From Candidatus Methylomirabilia bacterium (GTDB taxonomy: Bacteria > Methylomirabilota > Methylomirabilia > Rokubacteriales > CSP1-6): a stretch of 54,052 bases of DNA. The notes beneath the pieces are model-generated. The model ran no database searches, was not told where the DNA came from, and worked only from the letters and a program-made list of their open reading frames with translations. This document shows positions 9,273-19,950 of this stretch, piece by piece; positions within the stretch are counted from its first letter, which is position 1; every line of letters starts with the position of its first letter. The position numbers and the translations under genes are program-made. The stretch lies in the NCBI GenBank assembly GCA_041497895.1, contig JBGQHJ010000015.1:1-54052 (forward strand), in the 5' to 3' direction.

Positions 9273-10567
9273 GGCGCGATGGCCCGCAGCAGGTGCTCGA
9301 CCTGCGCGGTGGCGTCGCGCATCGCCCGCTCGGGCGACTTGCGGCCGACCAGCACCGCGGAGAACTCGGGCTGGAGCGTGGTGGAGAGCATCAGGTAGTA
9401 GGGCGTGACCGGGCGCGGGTGCCCTTTCTGCATCAACGCGAGCAGGGCGGGCAGGGTCGGGTCCCGAGCGACGAGGGCCGCGTCGCGATAGAGGCTCGGG
9501 CGCGAAGGCCGGAGCGCGGCGCCCTCGGTCATGGCCCGCTGCGCGGCATCGCTCGTCAGGAAGCGCACCAGCTCCACCGCGAGGGCCCGATGCCGAGTGC
9601 GCGCGCTCACCGCCAGATGCGCGCCTCCGGTGGAGCCGGCGCCCACCTCGCCATGAGGCAGCCGGGGCAGCGGCCCGACCCCTACCTTGCCACGGACCGC
9701 CGAGCCGGGCAGCTCGAAGAGATCGAGCGCGTACGGCCAGCTTCGCAGGAAGATCGCCCGCCCGTCGCCGAAGGGCCGCCGCGTGAGCTCCTCGTCGGCG
9801 GCGGTGACCCAGCCCGGGCTCACTCCGCTCTCGATCAGCCCACGCAGGAACGCGAGCGACTCCCGCGCGCGCTCGCGCTCGGGGAACGGCCGCCCCGCCT
9901 CGTCGAGGAGCCGCGCGCCGTTGGCCCACAGCGCCTCGAGCACGTTGACCATCCCGCCTTCGTACTGCTTGCCCTGCCAGAGGAAGCCGTCGAGCCGCGG
10001 ATCGCGCTCCCCCGCGCGGATCCGGTGCACCTGCCGGGCCAGCTCGTCATAGCTCTCGGGCGCGGTGAATCCGTACTTGGCGAGGAGATCCCGCCGGTAG
10101 TAGAGGAGGCCCACGTTCATGAACCACGGCAGCGCCCAGAGGCGACCGTCCTGCACCGCGGGCTCGATGGCGGCGGGGAAGTGGGCGTCGCGCTCCTCCG
10201 CGGGCACGAACGAGGTCAGATCCAGGATCCAGCCCGCGCGCGCGAACTCGGGCACCCAGATCACGTCGAGCATCATCACGTCGAAGGGCGGGCTGCCCCC
10301 CTCGAGGTTGATCACGTAGAACTGGTGCTGCTCGTCCGAGCTCCACGTGAGCGCTTCGCTCTGCACCCGCACGCCCGGGTGGAGGGCCTCGAAGCGGCGG
10401 AGCAGGCCGGGCACCGGATCGGCCGGCCCCAGGATCTTGGCGTGCTTGAAGACCAGCCGGATCGGCGCGCCCGGCGTCGCGCCCTCGCCGCAGCCACTCG
10501 CGATCAGCGCGAGCAGGACCGGCAGGAGGAGCCGGGCCGCCGCCGCGCGCGCCGGGCGGTGAGCCAT
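9269..10567 (-). CDS. Sugar ABC substrate-binding lipoprotein (trehalose/maltose-like, SBP family 1)
   Basis: Lipobox IASGC, DVIWVPEFA, LLYYRRDLL, QGKQYEG and PRPVTPYY. Confidence 0.92.
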   Translation of the reverse strand: MAHRPARAAAARLLLPVLLALIASGCGEGATPGAPIRLVFKHAKILGPADPVPGLLRRFEALHPGVRVQSEALTWSSDEQHQFYVINLEGGSPPFDVMMLDVIWVPEFARAGWILDLTSFVPAEERDAHFPAAIEPAVQDGRLWALPWFMNVGLLYYRRDLLAKYGFTAPESYDELARQVHRIRAGERDPRLDGFLWQGKQYEGGMVNVLEALWANGARLLDEAGRPFPERERARESLAFLRGLIESGVSPGWVTAADEELTRRPFGDGRAIFLRSWPYALDLFELPGSAVRGKVGVGPLPRLPHGEVGAGSTGGAHLAVSARTRHRALAVELVRFLTSDAAQRAMTEGAALRPSRPSLYRDAALVARDPTLPALLALMQKGHPRPVTPYYLMLSTTLQPEFSAVLVGRKSPERAMRDATAQVEHLLRAIAP

Positions 10568-10584
10568 GGGCGTGGGGTCGCGCG

Positions 10585-11379
10585 TCAGCCCGCGCCCAGC
10601 GCGTCGCGCAGCGCCCGGCCCTCGCTCTTGAACCAGTCGAAGAGGATGCTCACGTCCCAGCCCATGCAGAAGTGCCGAACGCCCAGGTCGAGGTACGCCT
10701 TGGCTTCGCTCGGGTGGGAGATCTCGGCCCGCGGGGCGATGCCCATGCGCAGCGCGGTCCGGATCACGTGGCGCTCGGCCTCGACGACCCGGGGATGGCT
10801 CCACTGCCCGGCCAGCCCGATGCTCATCGAGTAGTCGGCGGGCCCGAACTGGACCATGTCCACGCCCTTCACCGAGAGCAGCGCCTCCAGATTGTCCACC
10901 GCCGACGCCTTCTCGATCATGACCGCCACCACCGCGTCGTCCAGAGCCTGCACGAAGGCGGGCGAGCCCACGTCCACCACGTAGCCGACGTCGCGGCGCA
11001 TGCCCACCCCGTGGATCCCCCCCGCCTCGGGGGTCTCCGCGCGCACCGCCCGCACGCACTCGCGGACGTCCTCCGGCGTGCGCGGATCGGCGAAGAGCAG
11101 GTTCTGGATGCCCGCACCGATGGCGCGCACCGCCAGGTAGGTGCGCGGCTGCTGCTCGACCTTGAACATGGCCGACATGTGGTCGAAGGTGTTCACCGCG
11201 CGCGCGAGGTTCTCGAGCGCGAAGAGATCGTAGGGCGCGTACTCGCCCACGAACTCCACGTAGTCGAAGAGGCCGGCGTGCCCGGCCAGCTCCACCACCG
11301 CCGGCCACACCGAATGGATGTGGGTACCCACCGTCGGCCGTCCCGCCCGCAGCAATTCCCGGAGACGATTGCGTCGCAT
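10585..11379 (-). CDS. HpcH/HpaI aldolase family protein
   Basis: VMIEKASAVDNLEALLSVKGVDMVQFGPADYSMSIG motif. Confidence 0.9.
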   Translation of the reverse strand: MRRNRLRELLRAGRPTVGTHIHSVWPAVVELAGHAGLFDYVEFVGEYAPYDLFALENLARAVNTFDHMSAMFKVEQQPRTYLAVRAIGAGIQNLLFADPRTPEDVRECVRAVRAETPEAGGIHGVGMRRDVGYVVDVGSPAFVQALDDAVVAVMIEKASAVDNLEALLSVKGVDMVQFGPADYSMSIGLAGQWSHPRVVEAERHVIRTALRMGIAPRAEISHPSEAKAYLDLGVRHFCMGWDVSILFDWFKSEGRALRDALGAG

Positions 11380-11435
11380 GCGCCGAGTCTAGGGGGGCAG
11401 GTGCGCGCCGTCAATCACCGCGCTATACTCTGTCG

Positions 11436-12659
11436 GTGCCCGACGCCTCCGGCCCGCTCTCCGACCTCCCACTGTCCGATCTCGTGATCCTCGATCTCAC
11501 GCGCGTGCTCGCCGGCCCCTACTGCACGCGCCTCCTCGCCGATCTGGGGGCGCGGGTCATCAAGATCGAGCGCCCCGGCGAGGGCGACGACATGCGGAAG
11601 AACCACCTGCAGATCGAGCCGGGCCGGGCCGACCAGTCCACGTATTTCATCCGCATCAACGTGGGCAAGCAGAGCGTGGCGGTGGACCTGAGCCACCCGC
11701 GGGGCCGCGGAGTGGTGGAAGGTCTCTGCCGCGTCGCCGACGTCTTCGTCGAGAATTTCGCTCCCGGTGTCGTCGGGAAGCTCGGCCTGGGCTACCCGGC
11801 GATGGCCACGATCAAGCCCGACCTCGTGTACTGCTCCATCTCCGGCTTCGGCCAGACCGGCCCCTGGCGCGAGCGGCAGGCTTTCGCCCACATCATCAAC
11901 GCGGCGTCGGGGCTGATGCATCTCGACCAGGGCGACCAGTCGGCGCCGCGCGCCTCGAACCTCCAGGCCGCCGACGTGCTGGCGGGCACCCACGCCTTCG
12001 GCGCGATCCTGGCCGCCCTGCGGCGGCGCGACCGCACCGGACAGGGCGCGTACCTCGACGTCTCGATGCTGGAAGCCCTGATCGCGGCGGACGACGTCTC
12101 CTACGCGGCGGTGCTCAACGGCGGCGAGGCGCAGGGCTCCCCGCGCCCGGCCATGGGCGTCTTCGCGGTAGGCGGCCGACACCTCGCGCTCCAGACCGGC
12201 GGCGCGGCCGCGCTGTGGCCGCGGCTGCAGGCGCTCCTCGGGCGGCCCGACCTGGCCACCGACCCGCGCTTCGCCACGCCGGACCTGCGCCGGCGCAACT
12301 GGCCCGCGCTGCGCGACGTCATCGCCGAGTGGGTCGCGCGCTTCGCCACGGTGGACGAGGCGCTCGACGCGCTCCGCGGCGCGCGCATCCCGGCCGCCGC
12401 CGTGCTGATGCCCGAGGAAGTCGCCGCGCATCCGCATCTCGAGGCGCGCGGGGCCTTCCCCACGGTTCCGCATCCGGCCCGGGGCCGGGTGCGCGTCACC
12501 GCGACGCCGTTCCACCTCGACGGGCAGGCGGTGACGCCGGCCGGACCGGCGCCCTATCGGGTCGGCGAGCACACCCGCGCGGTGCTCGGCGGACTGCTCG
12601 GCTACAAGGACCGCGACATCGACGAGCTCGCTCAGGCCGGGGCCATCGAGGCGCCCTGA
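11436..12659 (+). CDS. CoA-transferase family III (CaiB/BaiF)
   Basis: [30 protein letters not shown] and [12 protein letters not shown]. Confidence 0.95.
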   Translation: MPDASGPLSDLPLSDLVILDLTRVLAGPYCTRLLADLGARVIKIERPGEGDDMRKNHLQIEPGRADQSTYFIRINVGKQSVAVDLSHPRGRGVVEGLCRVADVFVENFAPGVVGKLGLGYPAMATIKPDLVYCSISGFGQTGPWRERQAFAHIINAASGLMHLDQGDQSAPRASNLQAADVLAGTHAFGAILAALRRRDRTGQGAYLDVSMLEALIAADDVSYAAVLNGGEAQGSPRPAMGVFAVGGRHLALQTGGAAALWPRLQALLGRPDLATDPRFATPDLRRRNWPALRDVIAEWVARFATVDEALDALRGARIPAAAVLMPEEVAAHPHLEARGAFPTVPHPARGRVRVTATPFHLDGQAVTPAGPAPYRVGEHTRAVLGGLLGYKDRDIDELAQAGAIEAP

Positions 12660-12684
12660 GGCTGGGCCCAGGAGAGACGAGACC

Positions 12685-14322
12685 ATGGCGGCGGAACCCA
12701 TGACGGGTGGCGAAGCGCTCGTGCGATCCCTCTACCGCGAAGACGTCCGGGTGATCTTCGGACTGCCCGGCGTCCAGCTCTACGGCGTGATGGCGGCGCT
12801 GCGTGACGAGCCGCGCATCCGGTTCATCACCACCCGCCACGAGCAGGCCACCAGCTTCATGGCCGACGGCTACGCGCGCGCGGGCGGAAGCTTCGGCGTA
12901 GCGCTGGTGGTGCCCGGCCCGGGCCTCCTCAACGCCATGTCCGGGCTCTCCACCGCCTACTCCGCGTCGTCGCCGGTGCTGATGATCTCGGGCCAGATCC
13001 CGCGCGACAGCATCGGCAAGGACATCGGGCTCCTGCACGAGGTCAACGACCAGCAAGACTGCATCGCCCCCGTCACCAAGTGGCGGCGGCGCGTCCTCCA
13101 GGTGGCCGACGTGCCCGCCGCGGTGCGCGAGGCGGTCATCCAGCTCAAGACGGGCCGGCCCCGGCCGGTCGAGATCGAGATGCCGCCCGAAACCATGGAG
13201 GACGAGGGCCTCGCCGAGCTGCTGCCCCCCGCGCAGATCACGCCGGCGGTCGCCTCCGCGCGCGACATCGACCGCGCTGCGGAGCTGCTGCTCGCCGCGC
13301 GCGCCCCGCTGATCTACGCGGGCGGCGGCGTCCATCTCTCGGGCGCTCACGACGCGCTCGCGGCGGTGGCCGAGCACCTGCAGGCGGGCGTGGCGCAGTC
13401 CGCCGAGGGCAAGGGGGCGGTGAGCGACCACAACGCGCTCTCGCTGGGCGCCGCCTTCTGGCGCGACTCGGCGCTGCGGGCGCACATCCACGAGGCCGAC
13501 GTGGTGCTCGCGGTGGGCACCCGGCTGGCCCTCGTGTCCTTCAAGCCCGGCACCCGGATCATCCAGCTCGACGCGGACGACAAGGAGATCGGCCGCAATC
13601 ACAAGGACACCCTCGGCCTGGTCGGCGACGCCCGCGCCACCCTCGAGGTGCTGCTCGAGCGGCTGCGCGCCTCCGCCCCGCCCCGGTCCTCGCGCAAGGC
13701 CGAGCACGAAGCCCTCCGCGCGAAGCTCGCGGCCGAGAACATGCAGGAGCCCAACGCCTCCATCTTGAAGTCGCTGCGCGCGGGCGCGCCCGAGAACACC
13801 ATCCTGGTGGCGGGCATGACCCAGATCGGCTACTCCTCGCGTCCCTTCTGGCCGGTCTACGAGCCGCGCACGTATCTGTCGTCGTCGTACTCTGGCAACC
13901 TCGGCTACGCCTATCCGGTCGCGCTCGGGGCCAAGGTCGCCCGGCCCGACCGGCCGGTGGTGTCGGTCTCCGGCGACGGTGGCTTCCTCTTCAGCGTGCA
14001 GGAGCTGTCCACCGCCGCGCGCCACGGCATCAACGTGGTGGCCGTCGTCTTCAACGACAGCTCGTACGGCAACGTGGCGCGCGATCTCGACGAGTCGTGG
14101 GGCGGGCAGTACGGCGCGGAGCTCAAGAATCCCGATTTCATGAAGCTGGCCGACGCCTTCGGCGTGCTCGGCATGCGGGCCGAGGAGCCGAGCGAGGTCG
14201 GCAAGCTCGTGAGCGCGGCGATCGACAAGGACCGCCCGGCGCTCGTGGAGGTGCCGGTGGGCCGGATGGGGCGGCCGGCGTTCTTCACGCCGCGGCGGAC
14301 CCCGACCAAATACCAGGGCTAG
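12685..14322 (+). CDS. Thiamine pyrophosphate-dependent enzyme (acetolactate synthase-like family)
   Basis: IFGLPG, RHEQATSFMADGYAR and TPP motif GDGGF...VVFND. Confidence 0.93.
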   Translation: MAAEPMTGGEALVRSLYREDVRVIFGLPGVQLYGVMAALRDEPRIRFITTRHEQATSFMADGYARAGGSFGVALVVPGPGLLNAMSGLSTAYSASSPVLMISGQIPRDSIGKDIGLLHEVNDQQDCIAPVTKWRRRVLQVADVPAAVREAVIQLKTGRPRPVEIEMPPETMEDEGLAELLPPAQITPAVASARDIDRAAELLLAARAPLIYAGGGVHLSGAHDALAAVAEHLQAGVAQSAEGKGAVSDHNALSLGAAFWRDSALRAHIHEADVVLAVGTRLALVSFKPGTRIIQLDADDKEIGRNHKDTLGLVGDARATLEVLLERLRASAPPRSSRKAEHEALRAKLAAENMQEPNASILKSLRAGAPENTILVAGMTQIGYSSRPFWPVYEPRTYLSSSYSGNLGYAYPVALGAKVARPDRPVVSVSGDGGFLFSVQELSTAARHGINVVAVVFNDSSYGNVARDLDESWGGQYGAELKNPDFMKLADAFGVLGMRAEEPSEVGKLVSAAIDKDRPALVEVPVGRMGRPAFFTPRRTPTKYQG

Positions 14323-14357
14323 AGTCGCCAGAGCTAGAGTCGCCAGGGCTAGAGTGG
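14313..14357. repeat. Tandem repeat, 3 x 15 bp (CCAGRGCTAGAGTSG)
   Basis: Units at 14313, 14328 and 14343; the first contains the TAG stop of the TPP enzyme gene. Confidence 0.9.
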
Positions 14358-14371
14358 AAGGACCGGGCGGA

Positions 14372-15443
14372 ATGGCGGCGCCGGGAGCGAGCGCGGCCCG
14401 ACGGAGCGGCTGCAGTTCCTGGACGCCGTGCGCGGCTTCGCGCTGCTGCTGATGATCGTGAACCACACCGGCCGCTGGTGGCAGGACGGCACCATGGGCT
14501 GGCCCCGCCACAACCTGTTAAACCGAGCATGGCGGTCGGGGCACCGCTCTTCCTGTTCCTGGTCGGCTTCTGCCTGCCGCTGTCGTTCGCCCGGCGCCGC
14601 CCGACCGGCAGCTTGCTCAGCGTGGCCGCCAAGTTCCTCCAGCGCGGAACCCGGCTCATCCTGGCCTCGTGGCTGCTCAACTTCGTCGTGTTCCGCGACG
14701 AGCCGTTCTGGGAAGGCGGCGTGCTGCAGACGATCGGGCTCGACATCATCCTGGCGCTGCCGCCGATGCTGCTCCTGCACCGGCGTCCCGCCCGCTACCT
14801 GCTCGTGGCCCTGGCCGTCGGCCTCTATGCGCTCTTTTCCGTCTCCTACGCGCGGGTCGTCGCCTGGCTGCCCGACCATCCGGTGTTCGGCCGGGTCTTC
14901 TTCTTCGAGTTCGCGCCGTGGCCGTGGATCTCGCTCGTGTGGATCGGGCTCGCCTTCGGCTGGGTGTGGGCGCTGCAGGACACCCCGGAGCGCCGCGCCC
15001 GCTACCTCACGCGGATGACCCTGGCGGGCCTCGTCTGCCTCGCCGCCTTCGCGGCCTGGGACTGGCGGCACCGCACGTCGTGGCATCTCTCGCTCGCCTT
15101 CAAGCGCGACTTCGTCGTCAACAACCACTGGATCACCCGCGGGGTCACGAATCTCCTGTGCCTCGGCGCGGTGTTCTGCCACCTCGGCCTCGTCTACTAT
15201 CTCGTCGAGGTCAAGCGCGTGCCCGTCGGATGGCTCGTCGTCCTCGGACGCACCTCGCTCATGCTCTACTTCGTCCACCACCTGATCGTGCTGACGCTCG
15301 CGCACGAGTGGCTCGGCTTCAAGCTCAATAACTGGTGGTGGTACGCTCTCGCCAACGCGGTGCTTCTGATCGTGCTCGTGTATCTCGGCCGGCTCTGGCT
15401 CGAGATCAAGAGCTTCCGGGGGCGACGTCTGCAGCCCGCATAG
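14372..15443 (+). pseudogene. DUF1624/HGSNAT-like membrane acyltransferase, apparently with two frameshifts (about 14398 and 14520)
   Basis: ERLQFLDAVRGFALLLMIVNH in one frame and APLFLFLVG...GVLQTIG...LGRTSLMLYFVHH in another; likely ATG at 14372 is in the third frame. Confidence 0.75.
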
Positions 15444-15571
15444 CGCTGAACGGGTGCTCATTTCCGGCCGCCAACCCTGACGATTTCTGCGGCCAGGCTC
15501 GGGTTGGGCCGGGGAACAGCCTGATTCAGCGTCTGTTTCTGGCTGGCCCGCCTCTTGCTCCACTCGAGGCC

Positions 15572-15964
15572 ATGCCCCCCTCCCGCGAGCGCCCGCAAAT
15601 TCTGGTCGTCGACGACGAGAGCATCATCGCCGAGCTCATCGCGGACGTGCTCGGTGGGGAGGGCTACGACGTCGACACCGCACCGCACGGCCTGGCCGCG
15701 CTCGAGCGCCTCGAGCGGCGGACGTACGATCTCATCCTCAGCGACCTGCGGATGCCGGAGCTCGACGGGCTCGGCCTCTATCGCGAGATCGAGCAGCGCC
15801 GGCCCGATCTCCTCCGGCGCTTCGTCTTCATCACCGGGACCTCCGAGCACACCGACTACCAGGGATTCATCGACGACGTAAAGGTCCCGGTCCTGACCAA
15901 ACCGTTCGACATGGCGGAGCTGCAACGGGTCGCCCGGGAGGTCCTCTCCGGCGCCGTCCGCTGA
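15572..15964 (+). CDS. Single-domain response regulator (receiver)
   Basis: ILVVDDE, LILSDLRMPELDG, FITG and LTKPF. Confidence 0.93.
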   Translation: MPPSRERPQILVVDDESIIAELIADVLGGEGYDVDTAPHGLAALERLERRTYDLILSDLRMPELDGLGLYREIEQRRPDLLRRFVFITGTSEHTDYQGFIDDVKVPVLTKPFDMAELQRVAREVLSGAVR

Positions 15965-16063
15965 ATCCGTCGGGCTCCTGACGTTGTCCCGCGGGTGACG
16001 ATTCGGATGTGGTCTTTCGCTTCGGGAGGCGCGCGAATCCAGCCGGTTAGCGTGCCTCCCTCG

Positions 16064-16078
16064 TGGCACGAGCCATGC
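16064..16078 (+). promoter_or_regulatory. Candidate sigma-54 (-24/-12) promoter upstream of the MlaC-like gene
   Basis: TGGCAC-GAGCC-ATGC gives GG-N10-GC, one mismatch to TGGCAC-N5-TTGC, about 70 bp before the ATG. Confidence 0.5.
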
Positions 16079-16148
16079 TCCGCCTGGGGGGCGGGGGCAG
16101 TAGCGGCCGCGCAGCCGGCAGATCGGCGCGGCCCCGTTAGGGGGAATC

Positions 16149-16838
16149 ATGCAGAAGGCCTTGGCCATGTGGCTCCTGATCGCCGCCGGCGGCGGCGCGC
16201 AGCCTGAAGTCAGCCCCACCCAGGTGGTCCAGTCCGCCACCGAGCAAGTCCTGCAGGTCGTTCAGGATGCGGAGCTGGGCGCACTCGCCGGGCAGGACCG
16301 GCGGCGCGTGGAAGTGCAGCGCATCGCCGATCGGCTCTTCGACTTCCCGGAGATGGCACGCCGGGCCCTCGCGCTCCACTGGCGCGAGCGCACGCCGCAG
16401 GAACAGACCGAGTTCGTGGTGGTGTTCAAGCAGCTCCTCGGTCGCGCGTACCTGGGCAAGCTCGAGAACTACGCGGGCGAGCAGATCGTGTACGTGGGCG
16501 AGACCGTGGACGGCGAGTTCGCCACCGTCCGCTCCAAGATCGTCACCGGCCGCGGCGCCGAGATCCCGGTGGACTACCGGCTCCACCTGGTCGGCTCCCG
16601 ATGGGTGGTCTACGACATCGCGGTCTCCGGAGTGAGCTTCGTCGCGAACTACCGCGGCCAGTTCGACAAGATCATCCGGACCTCGTCGTACCAGACGCTC
16701 TTGCGCGACCTGAAGTCGAAGTACGCGGAAGCGACGGCTCGCGCGGCGCGCCCCACGCCGATCCCGGCTGCCGCGGCCCCGGCCGCCGCCACTCCCGCTG
16801 CCACCCCCGCGCCCACGCCCGCGGAGAAAACCCAGTAG
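16149..16838 (+). CDS. mlaC: MlaC/Ttg2D-family periplasmic phospholipid-binding protein
   Basis: FDFPEMARRAL, VDYRLH and WVVYDIAVSGVSFVANYRGQF; Pro/Ala-rich tail. Confidence 0.88.
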   Translation: MQKALAMWLLIAAGGGAQPEVSPTQVVQSATEQVLQVVQDAELGALAGQDRRRVEVQRIADRLFDFPEMARRALALHWRERTPQEQTEFVVVFKQLLGRAYLGKLENYAGEQIVYVGETVDGEFATVRSKIVTGRGAEIPVDYRLHLVGSRWVVYDIAVSGVSFVANYRGQFDKIIRTSSYQTLLRDLKSKYAEATARAARPTPIPAAAAPAAATPAATPAPTPAEKTQ

Positions 16839-16874
16839 CGCCCCGCCGCACGCCCCCCGCCGGCGAAGCGGGCG

Positions 16875-19031
16875 CTACGCCCGCTTGAGGCTCTCCGTCC
16901 GGATCGGCAGCGTGCGAATGCGCTTGCCGGTCAGCGCGAAGAGCGCATTGCACAGGGCCGGTGCCACCGGGGGCACCCCCGGCTCCCCCAATCCCCCGGG
17001 AGCCTCGCCCGAATCCAGGATGTGGGTCTCCACCACCGGCATCTCGTTGATCCGCATCATCGGGTAGTTGTGGAAGTTCGACTGCTGCACGCCGCCCTTG
17101 TCCAGCGTGATCTGCCCGTAGAGCGCGGCGGTGAGCGCGTAGACCGCGCCCCCTTCCATCTGGGCCTTGACCTGATCCGGGTTGACCGCGATCCCGCAGT
17201 CGATCGCGCAGACCACGCGGTGCACGCGCACCGCCCCGTCCGGCGCGACGGAGGCCTCGATCACGTGAGCGGCGTAGCTGCCGTACGAGGACGCCACCGC
17301 GATGCCGCGCCCGCGGCCCGCCGGCAGCGGCGCCCCCCAGTTCGCGCGGGCGGCCGCCATCTCCAGCACCGCCTTGTGCCGGGGTGACTTGCCGAGGAGC
17401 GCGCGGCGGTATTCGAAGGGGTCCTTGCCGGCCAGGTGCGCGAGCTCGTCGATGAAGCTCTCCGTGATGAACGCGTTCTGCGAGGAGCCGACCGATCTCC
17501 AGAAGCCGAGCGGCACGCCCCAGTCCTTGTTCACCCACTCGACCTGGAGATTCGGGATGTCGTAGGGCAAGTCCCGCGCGCCCGACACCGCGGCGGGGTC
17601 CACGGAGGTGTTCGCGGGCATGCGACCCTTCTGGGCGAGGATGCCCGGGCCCACGATGCGGTGCCACCAGGCGATCGGGGTGCCGCCGCCGTCGAGAGCC
17701 GCGCGGCAGACGTTGTAGGTCGCCGGGCGGTAGAAGCCGTGCTGGATGTCGTCCTCGCGCGTCCACATGAGCTTCACGGGCGCGCCCACCGCCTTCGCGG
17801 TCTCCACCGCGTCCACGATGAAGTCGACCTCGCCCCGCCGGCCGAAGCCGCCGCCGAGCAGCGTGGTGTTCACGGTGACCTTCTCGGGCGGCAGGCCGGT
17901 GAGCCGCGCGGCCGTCGCCTGCGTTCCTCCGGGATTCTGCGTCGGCGCCCACACCACGCACGCATCCGGCATGACCTGCGCGGTCGCGTTCATCGGCTCC
18001 ATGCACGCGTGCTCCAGGAAGGGCACCTCGTAGGTGGCCTCGAGCGTGCGGCCTCCCGCCCTCAGCGCCTTTTCGGCGTCGCCCTCCTTGCGCGCCACCT
18101 GACCCGGCTGCTTGGACAGCGCCGCGTAGTCGGCCGAGATCCGCGCGCTGCTGACCTGGGCCATCGGCCCCAGATCCCACGTCACCTTCAACGCGCGGCG
18201 CCCGGCCACCGCGGCCCGGAACCGGTCGGCCACCACCGCGACACCGTTGGTGACCTGGACGACGTGCTTGACCCCGGGGACGGCCTTGGCCGCCGTCGCG
18301 TCGAAGCTCTGCACCTTGCCGCCCGAGACGACCGGGGCCCGCTCGATGGACGCCACGAGCATGCCCGGCACCTGCACGTCCATGCCGTAGATGCCGCGCC
18401 CGGTCGCCTTGTCGGGCGAGTCGAGCCGGTGGAGGTTCTTGCCGATGTAGCGGAACTTGTCCGGCGTCTTGAGCTTCGGGCTCTGGGGTACCGGCAGCGC
18501 CTGCGCGCGGTCGACGAGCTGACCATAGGCGAGCTTCCGGCCGGTGGGCTTGTGCACCACCACGCCCGGCTCGGTGTCCACCGAATCGACCGGCACGCCC
18601 CACTCGTTGGCGGCGGCCTGCTTGAGCATCTCGCGCGCGGCCGCCGCGGACTTCCGCCACATCTCCATGTGATCGCGCACGCCGCGGCTGCCGCCGTACG
18701 ATTGCGACCCCGTGATCGGATTGGCGTAGCGCTTGGGATCGGCGGGCGCTTGGTTGACGCGGATCTTGTTCCAGTCGGCGTCGAGCTCGTCGGCGATGAT
18801 GATCGTCGTGGTGGTGAGCGACCCCTGCCCCATCTCGGGCACCGAGTTCGTGATCGTCACGAGCCCGTCCCGGTCGACGCTGAGCCACTGGTTGGGCGCG
18901 AACACCCCGGCGGTCTGCGCGGCGGCTCGACCGGCGCCGCGCGACGGGAGGCGGAAGCCGATGGTGAGCCCGGCCCCGACGGCGAGGCCACCCTTGAGCA
19001 GCGCGCGGCGGCTGAGCGTCACCGTCTTCAT
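16875..19031 (-). CDS. iorB: Molybdopterin-binding oxidoreductase large subunit (isoquinoline 1-oxidoreductase beta-like), Tat-type N-terminus
   Basis: [39 protein letters not shown] and [14 protein letters not shown]. Confidence 0.9.
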   Translation of the reverse strand: MKTVTLSRRALLKGGLAVGAGLTIGFRLPSRGAGRAAAQTAGVFAPNQWLSVDRDGLVTITNSVPEMGQGSLTTTTIIIADELDADWNKIRVNQAPADPKRYANPITGSQSYGGSRGVRDHMEMWRKSAAAAREMLKQAAANEWGVPVDSVDTEPGVVVHKPTGRKLAYGQLVDRAQALPVPQSPKLKTPDKFRYIGKNLHRLDSPDKATGRGIYGMDVQVPGMLVASIERAPVVSGGKVQSFDATAAKAVPGVKHVVQVTNGVAVVADRFRAAVAGRRALKVTWDLGPMAQVSSARISADYAALSKQPGQVARKEGDAEKALRAGGRTLEATYEVPFLEHACMEPMNATAQVMPDACVVWAPTQNPGGTQATAARLTGLPPEKVTVNTTLLGGGFGRRGEVDFIVDAVETAKAVGAPVKLMWTREDDIQHGFYRPATYNVCRAALDGGGTPIAWWHRIVGPGILAQKGRMPANTSVDPAAVSGARDLPYDIPNLQVEWVNKDWGVPLGFWRSVGSSQNAFITESFIDELAHLAGKDPFEYRRALLGKSPRHKAVLEMAAARANWGAPLPAGRGRGIAVASSYGSYAAHVIEASVAPDGAVRVHRVVCAIDCGIAVNPDQVKAQMEGGAVYALTAALYGQITLDKGGVQQSNFHNYPMMRINEMPVVETHILDSGEAPGGLGEPGVPPVAPALCNALFALTGKRIRTLPIRTESLKRA

Positions 19032-19495
19032 CGCGCGCCTCCCTTCTTGAGCGCCGCCGCCCGGTGGATGGCGGCGCGAATACGCTGATACGTTCCGCAG
19101 CGACAGATGTTCCCGGCCATGGCGGAGTCGATGTCGGCGTCGGTGGGCGAGGCCTTCTGCGCGAGCAGCGCGGCCGCCGACATGATCTGCCCGGACTGGC
19201 AGAAGCCGCACTGGGGTACGTCCAGCTCGATCCACGCGCGTTGCACCGGGTGCGTCCCCTGCGGCGACAGCCCTTCGATGGTGGTGACCTTCTTGCCCGA
19301 GGCGGCCGAGACCGGCGTCACGCAGGAGCGCACCGGCGTGCCGTCGAGATGCACGGTGCAGGCGCCGCAGAGGGCCATGCCGCAGCCGTACTTCGTCCCG
19401 GTCAGGCGCAGATCCTCGCGGATCACCCACAGGAGGGGCACGTCCGGGCTGACGTCCACCCGCTGTTGCTTCCCGTTCACGGCGAGCGTGATCAT
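19028..19495 (-). CDS. iorA: [2Fe-2S]-binding small subunit (isoquinoline 1-oxidoreductase alpha-like)
   Basis: [25 protein letters not shown] and NICRCGTY. Confidence 0.93.
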   Translation of the reverse strand: MITLAVNGKQQRVDVSPDVPLLWVIREDLRLTGTKYGCGMALCGACTVHLDGTPVRSCVTPVSAASGKKVTTIEGLSPQGTHPVQRAWIELDVPQCGFCQSGQIMSAAALLAQKASPTDADIDSAMAGNICRCGTYQRIRAAIHRAAALKKGGAR

Positions 19496-19654
19496 CGAAA
19501 CCTCCTCGGAGTAGCGGTGGAACCGCCGGCGGTCGGTCGGGAGTGTAGCACCAGGTCCCGGGCCGTCGCCATCGGCCCGGCGCGCCGAAAGTGGGCACTC
19601 TGATAGACTCGGCCAAGCCGATCCAGGTCGATCTCACCCGAGGAGGCGCGCGCG

Positions 19655-19939
19655 ATGACCAGAGCCGTGGCGGGGATGCTGCTGTGGGTGTGCCTGGTGG
19701 GCCTGCTCGTCGGTTGCGGCCGCAGCAAGGAGGATCTCATCGAGAAGTCGCGCGGCGTGTCCACCCGCCCGGAGCTGGAGCGGGCGCTGGGCAGGCCGGG
19801 CGACATCAGCAAGCTCGGTCCGGTGGAGCAGTGGACCTACACGGCCTCGAACGGCACCGTGGTCTTCCTGATCGTGGCCGACCGGGTCACCCTGCAGGCG
19901 ACAGGCGGCGCGTCGGACGAGAAGAAAGACACGAAGTAG
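19655..19939 (+). CDS. Small lipoprotein (possibly SmpA/BamE-like fold)
   Basis: Lipobox LLVGC, 'ELERALGRP...EQWTY' pattern, GAGGAGG SD. Confidence 0.75.
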   Translation: MTRAVAGMLLWVCLVGLLVGCGRSKEDLIEKSRGVSTRPELERALGRPGDISKLGPVEQWTYTASNGTVVFLIVADRVTLQATGGASDEKKDTK

Positions 19940-19950
19940 GAGGATCGATC

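Noticed and set aside
7600..10567. Sugar ABC cluster lacking an ATPase gene
   Set aside because: Shared MsiK/MalK-type ATPases encoded elsewhere are common, so this is not unusual
16760..16825. Pro/Ala/Thr-rich repeats at the MlaC C-terminus
   Set aside because: Ordinary low-complexity tail
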